UHGV virus genome: UHGV-0093355
Direction: 5' to 3' (one strand)
Origin: a virus
DNA: 28,268 bases
Positions 9,233 to 18,814 of the stretch are shown one piece after another (position 1 is the stretch's first letter; each line of letters starts with the position of its first letter). The position numbers were made by a program, and so were the translations under genes. The notes under the pieces are model-generated. The model saw only the letters and a program-made list of their open reading frames with translations. It made no database searches and was not told the origin of the DNA.

Positions 9233-9374
9233 AGATGTTCTTTTTAGCCTCGCCTGCATTAGGTGCATAAATTTGCATTCATTTTCAAATATATCTTTTG
9301 ACAGTGAGCACCAGAACAGGCGCTTGCCGGGGGGGATGATGCACCTGCATTAAAACCGACCCATGAAGCGGGCG

Positions 9375-9393
9375 GGCGAGGCGGGGAAAGCAC
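9375..9393. other. cos cohesive-end site (P2-type 19-nt)
   Basis: GGCGAGGCGGGGAAAGCAC in the GC-rich non-coding interval just upstream of the leftward portal gene, matching the P2 cohesive end as I recall it. Confidence 0.6.
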
Positions 9394-9562
9394 TGCGCGC
9401 TGGCGGTGGTGCTGATTTTATTTTTTCAGCGTCTCAGCGCGTCGTGATGGCATTTAGTCGGCCTGCTGGGGCGTTGGTGTGTCTGCGGGGTGTTTTGTGC
9501 GGTGGTGAGTGTGTGAGGGCGTGATGACGGGATGTAAAAAAGCCGCCCGCAGGCGGCGATGT

Positions 9563-10597
9563 TCAGCCGTTGTCTGTGTCCAGTGAGTAGTTTTTAAAGC
9601 GGATGACCTCCTGACCGAGCCAGCCGTTTATTTCCCGAATCCTGTCCTGTAACGGGATAAGCTCATTGCGGACAAAGACCTTTGCCACTTTCTCAATATC
9701 ACCCAGCGACCCGACGTTCTCCGGCTTGCCACCCATCAACTGAAAGGGGATGCGGTGCGCGTCCAGCAGGTCAGCGGCGCTGGCTTTTTTGATATTAAAA
9801 AAATCGTCCTTCGTTGCCACTTCACTGAGCGGGATAATTTTAATGCCGTCGGCTTTCCCCTGTGGGGCATAGAGAAACAGATTTTTAAAGTTATTGCGGC
9901 CTTTCGACTTCACCATGTTTTCGCGAAGCATTTCGATATCGTTGCGATCCTGCACGGCATCGGTGACGTACATGATGTATCCAGCATGTGCGCCATTTTC
10001 GTAATACTTGCGGCGGAACAGCGTGGCCGACTCATTCAGCCAGGCAGAGTTAAGGGCGCTGAGATATTCCGGCAGGCCGTACAGCTCCTGATTAATATCC
10101 GGCTCCAGCAGGTGAAACACGGAGCCGGGCGTGAAGGCTGTCGGCTCGTTGAAGGACGGCACCCACCAGTAAACATCCTCCTCCACGCCACGGCGGGTAT
10201 ATTTTGCCGGTGAGGTTTCCAGTCTGATGACCTTACCGGTGGTGCTGTAACGCTTTTCCAGAAACGCATTACCGAACACCAGAAAATCCAGCACAAAGCG
10301 GCTGAAATCCTGCTGGGAAAGCCACGGGTGCGGAATAAACGTTGAAGCCAGAATATTACGTTTGACGTAAATCGGTGAGCTGTGATGTACGGCAGCACGC
10401 AGGCTTTTTGCCAGACCGGTAAAGCTGACCGGTGGCTCATACCATCTGCCGTTACTGATGCACTCGACGTAATCCAGAATGTCACGGCGGTCGAGTACCG
10501 GCACCGGCTCACCAAAGGTGAATGCCTCCATTTTCGGGGCGCTGGCGGTCATTGTTTTCACCGCTGACTGCGGTGTTTTCCCTTTTTTCTTGCTCAT
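9563..10597 (-). CDS. Q: Portal protein, 344 aa (P2 gpQ-like)
   Basis: 344 aa, sequence recognised as P2 Q-like; leftward orientation next to cos and terminase. Confidence 0.95.
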   Translation of the reverse strand: MSKKKGKTPQSAVKTMTASAPKMEAFTFGEPVPVLDRRDILDYVECISNGRWYEPPVSFTGLAKSLRAAVHHSSPIYVKRNILASTFIPHPWLSQQDFSRFVLDFLVFGNAFLEKRYSTTGKVIRLETSPAKYTRRGVEEDVYWWVPSFNEPTAFTPGSVFHLLEPDINQELYGLPEYLSALNSAWLNESATLFRRKYYENGAHAGYIMYVTDAVQDRNDIEMLRENMVKSKGRNNFKNLFLYAPQGKADGIKIIPLSEVATKDDFFNIKKASAADLLDAHRIPFQLMGGKPENVGSLGDIEKVAKVFVRNELIPLQDRIREINGWLGQEVIRFKNYSLDTDNG

Positions 10598-12369
10598 CAG
10601 TAAAACTCCAGAATGGTGGATGTCAGCGGGGTGCTGATACCGGCGGTGAGTGGCTCATTTAACAGGGCGTGCATGGTCGCCCAGGCGAGGTCGGCGTGGC
10701 TGGCTTCCTCGCTGCGACTGGCCTCATAGGTGGCGCTGCGTCCGCTGCTGGTCATGGTCTTGCGGATAGCCATAAACGAGCTGGTGATGTCGGTGGCGCT
10801 GACGTCATATTCCAGACAGCCACGGCGGATGACGTCTTTTGCCTTGAGCACCATTGCGGTTTTCATTTCCGGCGTGTAGCGGATGTCGCGCGCGGCGGGA
10901 TAGAACGAGCGCACGAGCTGGAACACGCCGACACCGAGGCCGGTGGCATCAATACCGATGTATTCGACGTTATATTTTTCGGTGAGTTTGCGGATGGATT
11001 CAGCCTGAGTGGCAAAGTCCATGCCTTTCCACTGGTGACGCTCAAGTATTCTGAATTTGCCACCGGCCACCACCGGCGGTGCCAGCACCACGCATCCGGC
11101 ACTGTCGCCACGGTGTGACGGGTCGTAACCAATCCATACCGGGCGGGAGCCGAACGGATTGGCGGCAAACGGTGCATAGTCTTCCCATTCTTCCAGCGTG
11201 TCGACCATGCAGCGTTGCAGCTCCTCGAACGGGAACACCGATGCCTTGTCGTCAACAAATTCACACATGAACAGGTTTTTAAAATCGTCGGCGCTGTTTT
11301 CGCGTTTGAGCTGCTCAATGTCGAACAGTGTGCAGCCACCTTTCAGGGCGTCCTCAATGGTGACAATCTGCCGCCACTGGCCGTCCGCACAGAGAAGCCC
11401 ACCGGCAAGGGCGTTATGACTGACGTCGATTTCCACACGTTCGGCGGCGCTGGCGCGTCCCCGGTTGAACAGTTCACCCGACCAGAACGGGTAGGCGTCG
11501 TGCGCCAGTGTGGACGGGGTGGAGAAATAGGTCGAGCGCAGGTGACTCTGTGAGGCCATACCTGATGCCACCTTACGCAGTACCTGAAAATTCGGGATCC
11601 AGAAAATCTCATCGACGTACAGGTCGCCGTTATGGCTCTGTGCGGTGTTGGAATTGGTGCCGAGAAAAATCAGTTTTGCGCCGTTATTGCCCAGGACAAT
11701 CGGGTCACCGGTCAGGTCAACGTCAACCAGACGGGCAAAGGCGATGATGTATTCACGGAACACATACGCCTGCGTTTTACTGGCCGACAGAAAAATCTGG
11801 TTATGGCCGGTTTTCAGGGCGCGCAGCAGCGCCTCGCGGGAAAAATAAAACGTCGCGCCAATCTGGCGGGATTTCAGGATATCGCGGATGCGGTGCTCAA
11901 GCCCGGCGCGATACCAGTGCAACTGATAGTCGAAAGACTGCTCAAAGAAAATCTGCTCCAGCTTTTCGATAGCCTCGTCACTGAAAAAATTCTTTTTCGG
12001 TTTGCGCCGCCCGCCTTTGTTGCGGTTAGCGACGTTCGGATTAAGGTCTGCCTCGTTGCCGGTCTGACTGTAACGGTTGACCCGTGCCAGTCGTTCAATC
12101 TGGCGTCCCAGCAGGTCAATTTCCTTGAAATCACCGCCGGTTTTCTGCGGTTTGATGATGAGCTGGGTCAGCCGCGCTTCCAGGCTCATTTCGACACGGC
12201 TGATGGGGGCAACACTGTCCCAGCCGTCGCGCTGTTTCCAGCTCTGCACCGTCGGGCGTTTCATCTGCAACATGGCGGCAATCTGCGGCACGGAAAACCC
12301 CTGCCAGTACAGCAGCGCCGCCTGACGACGCGGGTCGTGTAAAAGAGTGGTGTCTGTGGTGATGGTCAT
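10597..12369 (-). CDS. P: Terminase large (ATPase) subunit, 590 aa (P2 gpP-like)
   Basis: Start set at internal ATG (12369) giving N-terminus MTITTDTTLLHDPRRQAALLYWQGF, preceded by GAGGT RBS; recognised as P2 P-like. Confidence 0.95.
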   Translation of the reverse strand: MTITTDTTLLHDPRRQAALLYWQGFSVPQIAAMLQMKRPTVQSWKQRDGWDSVAPISRVEMSLEARLTQLIIKPQKTGGDFKEIDLLGRQIERLARVNRYSQTGNEADLNPNVANRNKGGRRKPKKNFFSDEAIEKLEQIFFEQSFDYQLHWYRAGLEHRIRDILKSRQIGATFYFSREALLRALKTGHNQIFLSASKTQAYVFREYIIAFARLVDVDLTGDPIVLGNNGAKLIFLGTNSNTAQSHNGDLYVDEIFWIPNFQVLRKVASGMASQSHLRSTYFSTPSTLAHDAYPFWSGELFNRGRASAAERVEIDVSHNALAGGLLCADGQWRQIVTIEDALKGGCTLFDIEQLKRENSADDFKNLFMCEFVDDKASVFPFEELQRCMVDTLEEWEDYAPFAANPFGSRPVWIGYDPSHRGDSAGCVVLAPPVVAGGKFRILERHQWKGMDFATQAESIRKLTEKYNVEYIGIDATGLGVGVFQLVRSFYPAARDIRYTPEMKTAMVLKAKDVIRRGCLEYDVSATDITSSFMAIRKTMTSSGRSATYEASRSEEASHADLAWATMHALLNEPLTAGISTPLTSTILEFY

Positions 12370-12542
12370 GAATACCTCGCCGTGATGAATACACGGCAAG
12401 GCTACTGAGTCGCGCCCCGCGATTCGCTAAGGTGCTGTTGTGTCAGTGATAAGCCATCCGGGACTGATGGCGGAGGATGCGCATCGTCGGGAAACTGATG
12501 CCGACATGTGACTCCTCTAATCACTATTCAGGACTCCTGACA

Positions 12543-13397
12543 ATGGCAAAAAAAGTCTCAAAATTCTTTCGTATCGGCGTTGAGGGTGACACCTGTGACG
12601 GGCGTGTCATCAGTGCGCAGGATATTCAGGAAATGGCCGAAACCTTTGACCCGCGAGTCTATGGTTGCCGCATTAACCTGGAACATCTGCGCGGCATCCT
12701 GCCTGACGGTATTTTTAAGCGTTATGGCGATGTGGCCGAACTGAAGGCCGAAAAGATTGACGATGATTCGGCGCTGAAAGGCAAATGGGCGCTGTTTGCG
12801 AAAATCACCCCGACCGATGACCTTATCGCGATGAACAAGGCCGCGCAGAAGGTCTATACCTCAATGGAAATTCAGCCGAACTTTGCCAATACAGGCAAAT
12901 GTTATCTGGTGGGGCTGGCCGTCACCGATGACCCGGCAAGCCTCGGCACGGAATACCTGGAATTCTGCCGCACGGCAAAACACAACCCCCTGAACCGCTT
13001 CAAATTAAGCCCTGAAAACCTGATTTCAGTGGCAACGCCTGTTGAGCTGGAATTTGAAGACCTGCCTGAAACCGTGTTCACCGCCCTGACCGAAAAGGTG
13101 AAATCCATTTTTGGCCGCAAACAGGCCAGCGATGACGCCCGTCTGAATGACGTGCATGAAGCGGTGACCGCTGTTGCTGAACATGTGCAGGAAAAACTGA
13201 GCGCCACTGAGCAGCGCCTCGCTGAGATGGAAACCGCCTTTTCCGCACTTAAGCAGGCGGTGACTGACAGGGCGGATGAAACCAGCCAGGCATTCACCCG
13301 CCTGAAAAACAGTCTCGACCACACCGAAAGTCTGACCCAGCAGCGCCGCAGCAAGGCCACCGGTGGTGGCGGTGACGCCCTGATGACGAACTGCTGA
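12543..13397 (+). CDS. O: Capsid scaffolding protein, 284 aa (P2 gpO-like)
   Basis: Start at MAKKVSKFF (12543) gives 284 aa as in P2 O; divergent from P. Confidence 0.9.
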   Translation: MAKKVSKFFRIGVEGDTCDGRVISAQDIQEMAETFDPRVYGCRINLEHLRGILPDGIFKRYGDVAELKAEKIDDDSALKGKWALFAKITPTDDLIAMNKAAQKVYTSMEIQPNFANTGKCYLVGLAVTDDPASLGTEYLEFCRTAKHNPLNRFKLSPENLISVATPVELEFEDLPETVFTALTEKVKSIFGRKQASDDARLNDVHEAVTAVAEHVQEKLSATEQRLAEMETAFSALKQAVTDRADETSQAFTRLKNSLDHTESLTQQRRSKATGGGGDALMTNC

Positions 13398-13455
13398 CCG
13401 GCGTCAGTCAGTCCGGGAAAACCTTCACGATTAACCCTTAATTTCAGGAAAAACT

Positions 13456-14529
13456 ATGCGCCAGGAAACCCGCTTTAAATTTAATGCTTACCTGTCCCGT
13501 GTTGCCGAACTGAACGGCATTGATGCCGGTGATGTGTCGAAAAAATTCACTGTTGAACCGTCGGTCACCCAGACCCTGATGAACACCATGCAGGAGTCCT
13601 CTGACTTTCTGACCCGCATCAACATTGTGCCGGTCAGCGAAATGAAAGGGGAAAAAATTGGTATTGGTGTCACCGGCTCCATCGCCAGCACCACCGACAC
13701 CGCCGGTGGCACCGAGCGTCAGCCGAAGGATTTTTCGAAGCTGGCGTCAAACAAGTACGAATGCGACCAGATTAACTTCGATTTTTATATCCGCTACAAA
13801 ACGCTTGACCTGTGGGCGCGTTATCAGGATTTCCAGCTCCGTATCCGTAACGCCATTATCAAACGCCAGCCCCTTGATTTCATCATGGCCGGTTTTAACG
13901 GCGTGAAGCGTGCCGAAACCTCTGACCGCAGCAGTAACCCGATGCTGCAGGATGTGGCGGTCGGCTGGCTGCAGAAATACCGCAATGAAGCCCCGGCGCG
14001 CGTGATGAGCAAGGTCACTGACGAGGAAGGCAGCACCACCTCTGAGGTCATCCGCGTGGGTAAGGGCGGTGATTATGCCAGCCTCGATGCACTGGTGATG
14101 GATGCGACCAACAACCTGATTGAGCCGTGGTATCAGGAAGACCCTGACCTTGTGGTGATTGTGGGGCGTCAGCTACTGGCGGACAAGTATTTCCCCATCG
14201 TCAACAGGGAGCAGGATAACAGCGAAATGCTGGCTGCTGACGTCATCATCAGCCAGAAACGCATCGGTAACCTGCCAGCGGTACGCGTCCCGTACTTCCC
14301 GGCGGATGCGATGCTCATCACGAAGCTGGAAAACCTGTCCATCTACTACATGGATGACAGCCATCGCCGCGTGATTGAGGAAAACCCGAAACTCGACCGC
14401 GTGGAGAACTACGAGTCAATGAACATTGATTACGTGGTGGAGGACTACGCCGCCGGTTGTCTGGTGGAAAAAATTAAGGTCGGTGATTTCTCCACACCGG
14501 CTAAAGCGACCGCAGAGCCGGGAGCGTAA
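13456..14529 (+). CDS. N: Major capsid protein, 357 aa (P2 gpN-like)
   Basis: 357 aa; recognised as P2 N-like; follows scaffold gene. Confidence 0.95.
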   Translation: MRQETRFKFNAYLSRVAELNGIDAGDVSKKFTVEPSVTQTLMNTMQESSDFLTRINIVPVSEMKGEKIGIGVTGSIASTTDTAGGTERQPKDFSKLASNKYECDQINFDFYIRYKTLDLWARYQDFQLRIRNAIIKRQPLDFIMAGFNGVKRAETSDRSSNPMLQDVAVGWLQKYRNEAPARVMSKVTDEEGSTTSEVIRVGKGGDYASLDALVMDATNNLIEPWYQEDPDLVVIVGRQLLADKYFPIVNREQDNSEMLAADVIISQKRIGNLPAVRVPYFPADAMLITKLENLSIYYMDDSHRRVIEENPKLDRVENYESMNIDYVVEDYAAGCLVEKIKVGDFSTPAKATAEPGA

Positions 14530-14532
14530 CCG

Positions 14533-15276
14533 ATGACGAGTCCCGCACAGCGCCACATGATGCGGGTCTCGGCAGCGATGACCGCGCAGCGGGAAGCCGC
14601 CCCGCTGCGACATGCAACTGTCTATGAGCAGATGCTGGTTAAGCTCGCCGCAGACCAGCGCACACTGAAAGCGATTTATTCAAAAGAGCTGAAGGCCGCG
14701 AAAAAACGCGAACTGCTGCCGTTCTGGTTGCCGTGGGTGAACGGCGTGCTGGAGCAGGGCAAAGGTGCACAGGATGACATTCTGATGACGGTCATGCTGT
14801 GGCGTCTGGATACCGGCGATATTGCCGGTGCGCTGGAGATTGCCCGTTATGCCCTGAAGTACGGTCTGACTATGCCGGGTAAACACCGCCGCACCCCGCC
14901 GTACATGTTCACCGAGGAAGTGGCGCTTGCGGCCATGCGCGCTCACGCTGCCGGTGAGTCTGTGGAACCCCGCCTGCTGACGGACACCCTCGAGCTGACC
15001 GCCGCTGCTGACATGCCTGATGAAGTGCGCGCAAAGCTGCACAAAATCACCGGTCTGTTTCTGCGTGACGCTGGTGATGCCGCCGGTGCGCTGGCTCACC
15101 TGCAACGTGCGACACAGCTCGACTGTCAGGCAGGCGTCAAAAAAGAGATTGAACGACTGGAGCGGGAGCTGAAACCGAAGCCGGAGCCGCAGCCCAAAGC
15201 GGCCACCCGCGCCCCGCGTAAGACCCGGAGCGTGACACCGGCAAAACGTGGACGCCCGAAAAAGAAAGCCAGTTAA
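14533..15276 (+). CDS. M: Terminase small / endonuclease subunit, 247 aa (P2 gpM-like)
   Basis: 247 aa; Lys/Arg-rich C-terminal tail; position after N. Confidence 0.9.
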   Translation: MTSPAQRHMMRVSAAMTAQREAAPLRHATVYEQMLVKLAADQRTLKAIYSKELKAAKKRELLPFWLPWVNGVLEQGKGAQDDILMTVMLWRLDTGDIAGALEIARYALKYGLTMPGKHRRTPPYMFTEEVALAAMRAHAAGESVEPRLLTDTLELTAAADMPDEVRAKLHKITGLFLRDAGDAAGALAHLQRATQLDCQAGVKKEIERLERELKPKPEPQPKAATRAPRKTRSVTPAKRGRPKKKAS

Positions 15277-15375
15277 CAACCGAATGCGCCCCGCGCCAGG
15301 GCGGCACGCCGGTCAGTGAGGGTGAATCACCTGACACTGCACCGGCGTCCACCGCCCGACTTTTCAGAGGTAGTC

Positions 15376-15885
15376 ATGATGACGCTGATTATTCCGCGAA
15401 AGGAGGCTCCCGTGTCCGGTGAGGGTACGGTGGTCATCCCGCAACCGGCAGGCGACGAGCCGGTGATTAAAAACACGTTCTTTTTTCCCGATATCGACCC
15501 GAAGCGCGTCCGGGAACGTATGCGCCTTGAGCAGACCGTCGCCCCCGCCCGTCTGCGTGAGGCCATCAAGTCAGGCATGGCGGAGACGAATGCGGAGCTG
15601 TACGAGTACCGCGAACAGAAAATTGCCGCCGGTTTTACGCGTCTGGCGGACGTTCCGGCGGACGACATCGACGGTGAAAGCATCAAAGTTTTTTACTACG
15701 AGCGCGCCGTGTGTGCGATGGCGACCGCGTCGCTTTATGAGCGTTATCGCGGCGTGGATGCCAGTGCGAAAGGCGACAAGAAGGCCGACAGCATTGACAG
15801 CACCATTGATGAACTGTGGCGGGATATGCGCTGGGCGGTGGCGCGTATCCAGGACAAGCCGCGCTGCATCGTGAGTCAAATCTGA
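15376..15885 (+). CDS. L: Head completion protein, 169 aa (P2 gpL-like)
   Basis: Start at MMTLIIPRKEAP (15376) with GAGG RBS; 169 aa. Confidence 0.9.
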   Translation: MMTLIIPRKEAPVSGEGTVVIPQPAGDEPVIKNTFFFPDIDPKRVRERMRLEQTVAPARLREAIKSGMAETNAELYEYREQKIAAGFTRLADVPADDIDGESIKVFYYERAVCAMATASLYERYRGVDASAKGDKKADSIDSTIDELWRDMRWAVARIQDKPRCIVSQI

Positions 15886-16088
15886 TGAAGACCTTTGCGC
15901 TACAGGGCGACACGCTCGACGCCATTTGTGTCCGGTATTACGGGCGCACTGAGGGCGTGGTTGAGACCGTGCTCGCCGCAAATCCGGGACTGGCTGAACT
16001 GGGTGCGGTGCTGCCACACGGCACCGCCGTCGAACTGCCCGACGTTCAGACCGCGCCCGTGGCTGAAACTGTCAATCTGTGGGAGTAA
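15885..16088 (+). CDS. X: Tail protein X, 67 aa
   Basis: ATGA overlap with L stop; 67 aa starting MKTFALQGDTLDAI. Confidence 0.85.
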   Translation: MKTFALQGDTLDAICVRYYGRTEGVVETVLAANPGLAELGAVLPHGTAVELPDVQTAPVAETVNLWE

Positions 16089-16091
16089 CGC

Positions 16092-16373
16092 ATGACAGCA
16101 GAAGAAAAAAGCGTCCTGTCGCTTTTCATGATTGGGGTGCTGATTGTTGTCGGCAAGGTGCTTGCCGGTGGTGAACCCATCACCCCGCGTCTGTTTATCG
16201 GGCGCATGTTGCTCGGTGGTTTTGTCTCGATGGTTGCCGGTGTTGTTCTGGTGCAGTTTCCTGACCTGTCACTGCCTGCGGTGTGCGGCATCGGCTCCAT
16301 GCTGGGTATCGCCGGTTATCAGGTGATTGAGATTGCCATTCAGCGCCGCTTTAAGGGCAGGGGGAAACCGTAA
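16092..16373 (+). CDS. Y: Holin, 93 aa (P2 gpY-like)
   Basis: 93 aa with hydrophobic segments (SLFMIGVLIVVGKVLAGG, VSMVAGVVLV) and charged C-terminus; GGGAG RBS. Confidence 0.9.
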   Translation: MTAEEKSVLSLFMIGVLIVVGKVLAGGEPITPRLFIGRMLLGGFVSMVAGVVLVQFPDLSLPAVCGIGSMLGIAGYQVIEIAIQRRFKGRGKP

Positions 16374-16870
16374 TGCCGGTAATTAACACGCATCAGAATA
16401 TCGCTGCCTTTCTCGACATGCTGGCCGTGTCCGAAGGGACGGCGAATCATCCGCTGACGAAAAACCGGGGCTATGACGTGATAGTCACCGGACTGGACGG
16501 AAAGCCGGAAATCTTCACCGACTACAGTGACCACCCGTTCGCGCATGGCCGACCGGCGAAGGTGTTTAACCGTCGCGGTGAAAAGTCCACGGCCTCCGGT
16601 CGCTATCAGCAGCTTTACCTGTTCTGGCCGCACTACCGCAAACAGCTTGCCCTGCCGGATTTCAGTCCGTTGTCACAGGACAGACTCGCCATTCAGTTGA
16701 TCCGCGAACGCGGTGCGCTGGATGACATCCGGGCGGGACGTATTGAGCGCGCCATTTCACGCTGTCGCAATATCTGGGCGTCCCTGCCGGGAGCCGGTTA
16801 CGGTCAGCGTGAGCATTCACTGGAAAAACTGGTCACCGTCTGGCGTACCGCCGGCGGCGTACCGGCTTAA
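16373..16870 (+). CDS. K: Endolysin, 165 aa (P2 gpK-like)
   Basis: 165 aa immediately after holin (TAATG overlap); recognised as P2 K-like. Confidence 0.9.
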   Translation: MPVINTHQNIAAFLDMLAVSEGTANHPLTKNRGYDVIVTGLDGKPEIFTDYSDHPFAHGRPAKVFNRRGEKSTASGRYQQLYLFWPHYRKQLALPDFSPLSQDRLAIQLIRERGALDDIRAGRIERAISRCRNIWASLPGAGYGQREHSLEKLVTVWRTAGGVPA

Positions 16871-16884
16871 ACGGAGTAAACACC

Positions 16885-17310
16885 ATGAAGAAATTATCCC
16901 TTTCACTGATGCTGAACGTGTCGCTGGCGCTGATGCTGGCACTGTCCCTGATTTACCCGCAGAGCGTGGCCGTCAGTTTTGTCGCCACCTGGGCGATTCT
17001 GGCGACGGTTATCTGTGTGGTTGCCGGTGGTGTCGGCGTGTATGCCACGGAGTATGTGCTGGAACGCTACGGGCGGGAGCTGCCGCCGGAATCGCTGGCC
17101 GTGAAGATTGTCACGTCGCTGTTTTTGCAGCCGGTGCCGTGGCGCAGGCGGTCAGTGGCTCTGGTAGTGATGGTGGCGACATTTATCTCGCTGGTCGCCG
17201 CCGGATGGATTTTTACCGCGCTGATTTATGTCGTGGCGTCACTGTTTTTCCGGCTGATACGTACGGCCTGCCGTCAGCGTTTTGAGGGGCGGGAACCATG
17301 TCAAAGCTGA
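16885..17310 (+). CDS. lysA: Lysis accessory membrane protein LysA, 141 aa
   Basis: 141-aa hydrophobic protein after endolysin, as in P2. Confidence 0.8.
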   Translation: MKKLSLSLMLNVSLALMLALSLIYPQSVAVSFVATWAILATVICVVAGGVGVYATEYVLERYGRELPPESLAVKIVTSLFLQPVPWRRRSVALVVMVATFISLVAAGWIFTALIYVVASLFFRLIRTACRQRFEGREPCQS

Positions 17311-17723
17311 TGATTGTACTGGTTGTGTTGTTATCGCTGGCGGTGGCGGGGCTGTTTCTGGCGAAGCATGAAAACGCCAGCCTGCGCGCCTCGCTGGACA
17401 GGGTGAACAACGTCGCCAGTGAACAGCAGACGACCATCACCATGCTGAAAAATCAGCTTCATGTTGCCCTCACCAGAGCAGACAAAAACGAGCTGGCGCA
17501 GATGGTACTGCGTCAGGAACTGGAGAACGCCGCGAAGCGTGAAGCACAGCGCGAGAAAACCATCACGAGGTTACTCAATGAAAACGAAGATTTTCGCCGC
17601 TGGTACGGCGCTGACCTGCCTGATGTTGTGCGCCGGTTGCACCAGCGTCCGGCCTGCACCGACGCCAGTGATTGTCGCCAACGCCTGCCCGAAAGTGAGC
17701 CTTTGCCCGATGCCGGGCAGTGA
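17298..17723 (+). CDS. lysB: LysB, Rz-like inner-membrane spanin, 141 aa
   Basis: N-terminal transmembrane segment followed by a charged helical region; 141 aa. Confidence 0.8.
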   Translation: MSKLMIVLVVLLSLAVAGLFLAKHENASLRASLDRVNNVASEQQTTITMLKNQLHVALTRADKNELAQMVLRQELENAAKREAQREKTITRLLNENEDFRRWYGADLPDVVRRLHQRPACTDASDCRQRLPESEPLPDAGQ

Positions 17724-17868
17724 CCCGCAGACGAACGGCGATTTAAGTGCTGATATCCGGCAGCTTGAGAACGCGCTGGCACGCTGTGCCAGCCAGGTAA
17801 AAATGATTAAACACTGTCAGGACGAAAACGATGCTCAAACCCGACAGCCTGCGCAGGGCGCTGACTGA
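17578..17868 (+). CDS. lysC: LysC, Rz1-like outer-membrane lipoprotein spanin, 96 aa
   Basis: Begins inside lysB in another frame; MKTKIFAAGTALTCLMLCAGC has a signal peptide and lipobox; 96 aa. Confidence 0.75.
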   Translation: MKTKIFAAGTALTCLMLCAGCTSVRPAPTPVIVANACPKVSLCPMPGSDPQTNGDLSADIRQLENALARCASQVKMIKHCQDENDAQTRQPAQGAD

Positions 17869-18298
17869 CGCCGTCACGGTGCTGAAAACCAGTCCCGAGA
17901 TGCTGCGGATATTCGTGGATAACGGGAGTATTGCCTCCACACTGGCGACGTCTATGTCATTCGAAAAGCGTTACACGCTCAATGTGATTGTGACCGACTT
18001 TACCGGTGATTTTGACCTGCTCATTGTGCCGGTGCTGGCGTGGCTGCGGGAAAATCAGCCAGACATCATGACCACCGACGAAGGCCAGAAAAAGGGCTTC
18101 ACGTTTTATGCAGACATCAACAATGACAGCAGCTTTGATATCAGCATCAGCCTGATGCTGACCGAGCGCACGCTGGTCAGTGAGGTGGAAGGCGCGCTAC
18201 ATGTGAAGAATATCCCGGAACCTCCGCCGCCGGAGCCGGTTACCCGCCCGATGGAGCTGTATATCAATGGCGAACTGGTGAGCAAGTGGGATGAATGA
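17831..18298 (+). CDS. R: Tail completion protein R, 155 aa
   Basis: 155 aa; position and sequence as P2 R. Confidence 0.9.
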   Translation: MLKPDSLRRALTDAVTVLKTSPEMLRIFVDNGSIASTLATSMSFEKRYTLNVIVTDFTGDFDLLIVPVLAWLRENQPDIMTTDEGQKKGFTFYADINNDSSFDISISLMLTERTLVSEVEGALHVKNIPEPPPPEPVTRPMELYINGELVSKWDE

Positions 18299-18743
18299 GT
18301 TTAAGCGTTTTGAAGACCGGCTGACCGGACTTATTGAGTCGCTGTCACCGTCAGGGCGTCGGCGGCTGAGTGCAGAGCTGGCGAAGCGTCTGCGGCAGAG
18401 TCAGCAGCGTCGGGTGATGGCACAGAAAGCCCCGGACGGCACACCCTACGCGCCACGCCAGCAGCAGAGCGCCAGAAAAAAGACCGGTCGTGTTAAGCGA
18501 AAAATGTTTGCGAAACTTATCACCAGTCGTTTTTTGCATATCCGCGCCAGCCCGGAACAGGCATCAATGGAGTTTTACGGCGGGAAGTCGCCGAAAATTG
18601 CCAGTGTGCATCAGTTCGGTCTGTCGGAAGAAACCCGGAAAGACGGTAAGAAAATTGATTATCCGGCGCGTCCTCTGCTCGGCTTTACCGGTGAGGATGT
18701 GCAGATGATTGAAGAGATTATCCTGGCTCACCTTGAGCGTTAG
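18291..18743 (+). CDS. S: Tail completion protein S, 150 aa
   Basis: 150 aa; overlaps R stop; position and sequence as P2 S. Confidence 0.9.
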   Translation: MNEFKRFEDRLTGLIESLSPSGRRRLSAELAKRLRQSQQRRVMAQKAPDGTPYAPRQQQSARKKTGRVKRKMFAKLITSRFLHIRASPEQASMEFYGGKSPKIASVHQFGLSEETRKDGKKIDYPARPLLGFTGEDVQMIEEIILAHLER

Positions 18744-18773
18744 TTTTATCCAGGCAGAGGCTGATGCGCAATT

Positions 18774-18808
18774 AAACATTGAGCGGCCGTGCTGGTCGCT
18801 CAATGTTT
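18774..18808. terminator. Hairpin between convergent genes (possible bidirectional terminator)
   Basis: 12-bp inverted repeat AAACATTGAGCG / CGCTCAATGTTT with 11-nt loop, between S stop (18743) and the leftward cargo gene stop (18815). No clean U-tract on either side. Confidence 0.35.
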
Positions 18809-18814
18809 AGAGGT

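Noticed and set aside
10036-12342. Multiple ORFs of 60-236 aa antisense or out of frame within the terminase/portal genes (e.g. 11632-12342 +, 10036-10515 -, 10863-11339 -)
   Set aside because: They lie entirely inside confidently assigned P and Q coding sequence in GC-rich DNA where long spurious ORFs are expected; no RBS and low-complexity Arg/Ala/Ser-rich translations.
12370-12542. Ogr-type late promoter dyads (TGT-N12-ACA) in the P/O divergent region and upstream of V
   Set aside because: I looked for exact dyads and did not find unambiguous ones at the expected spacing; late promoters are presumably present but I cannot place them from sequence alone.
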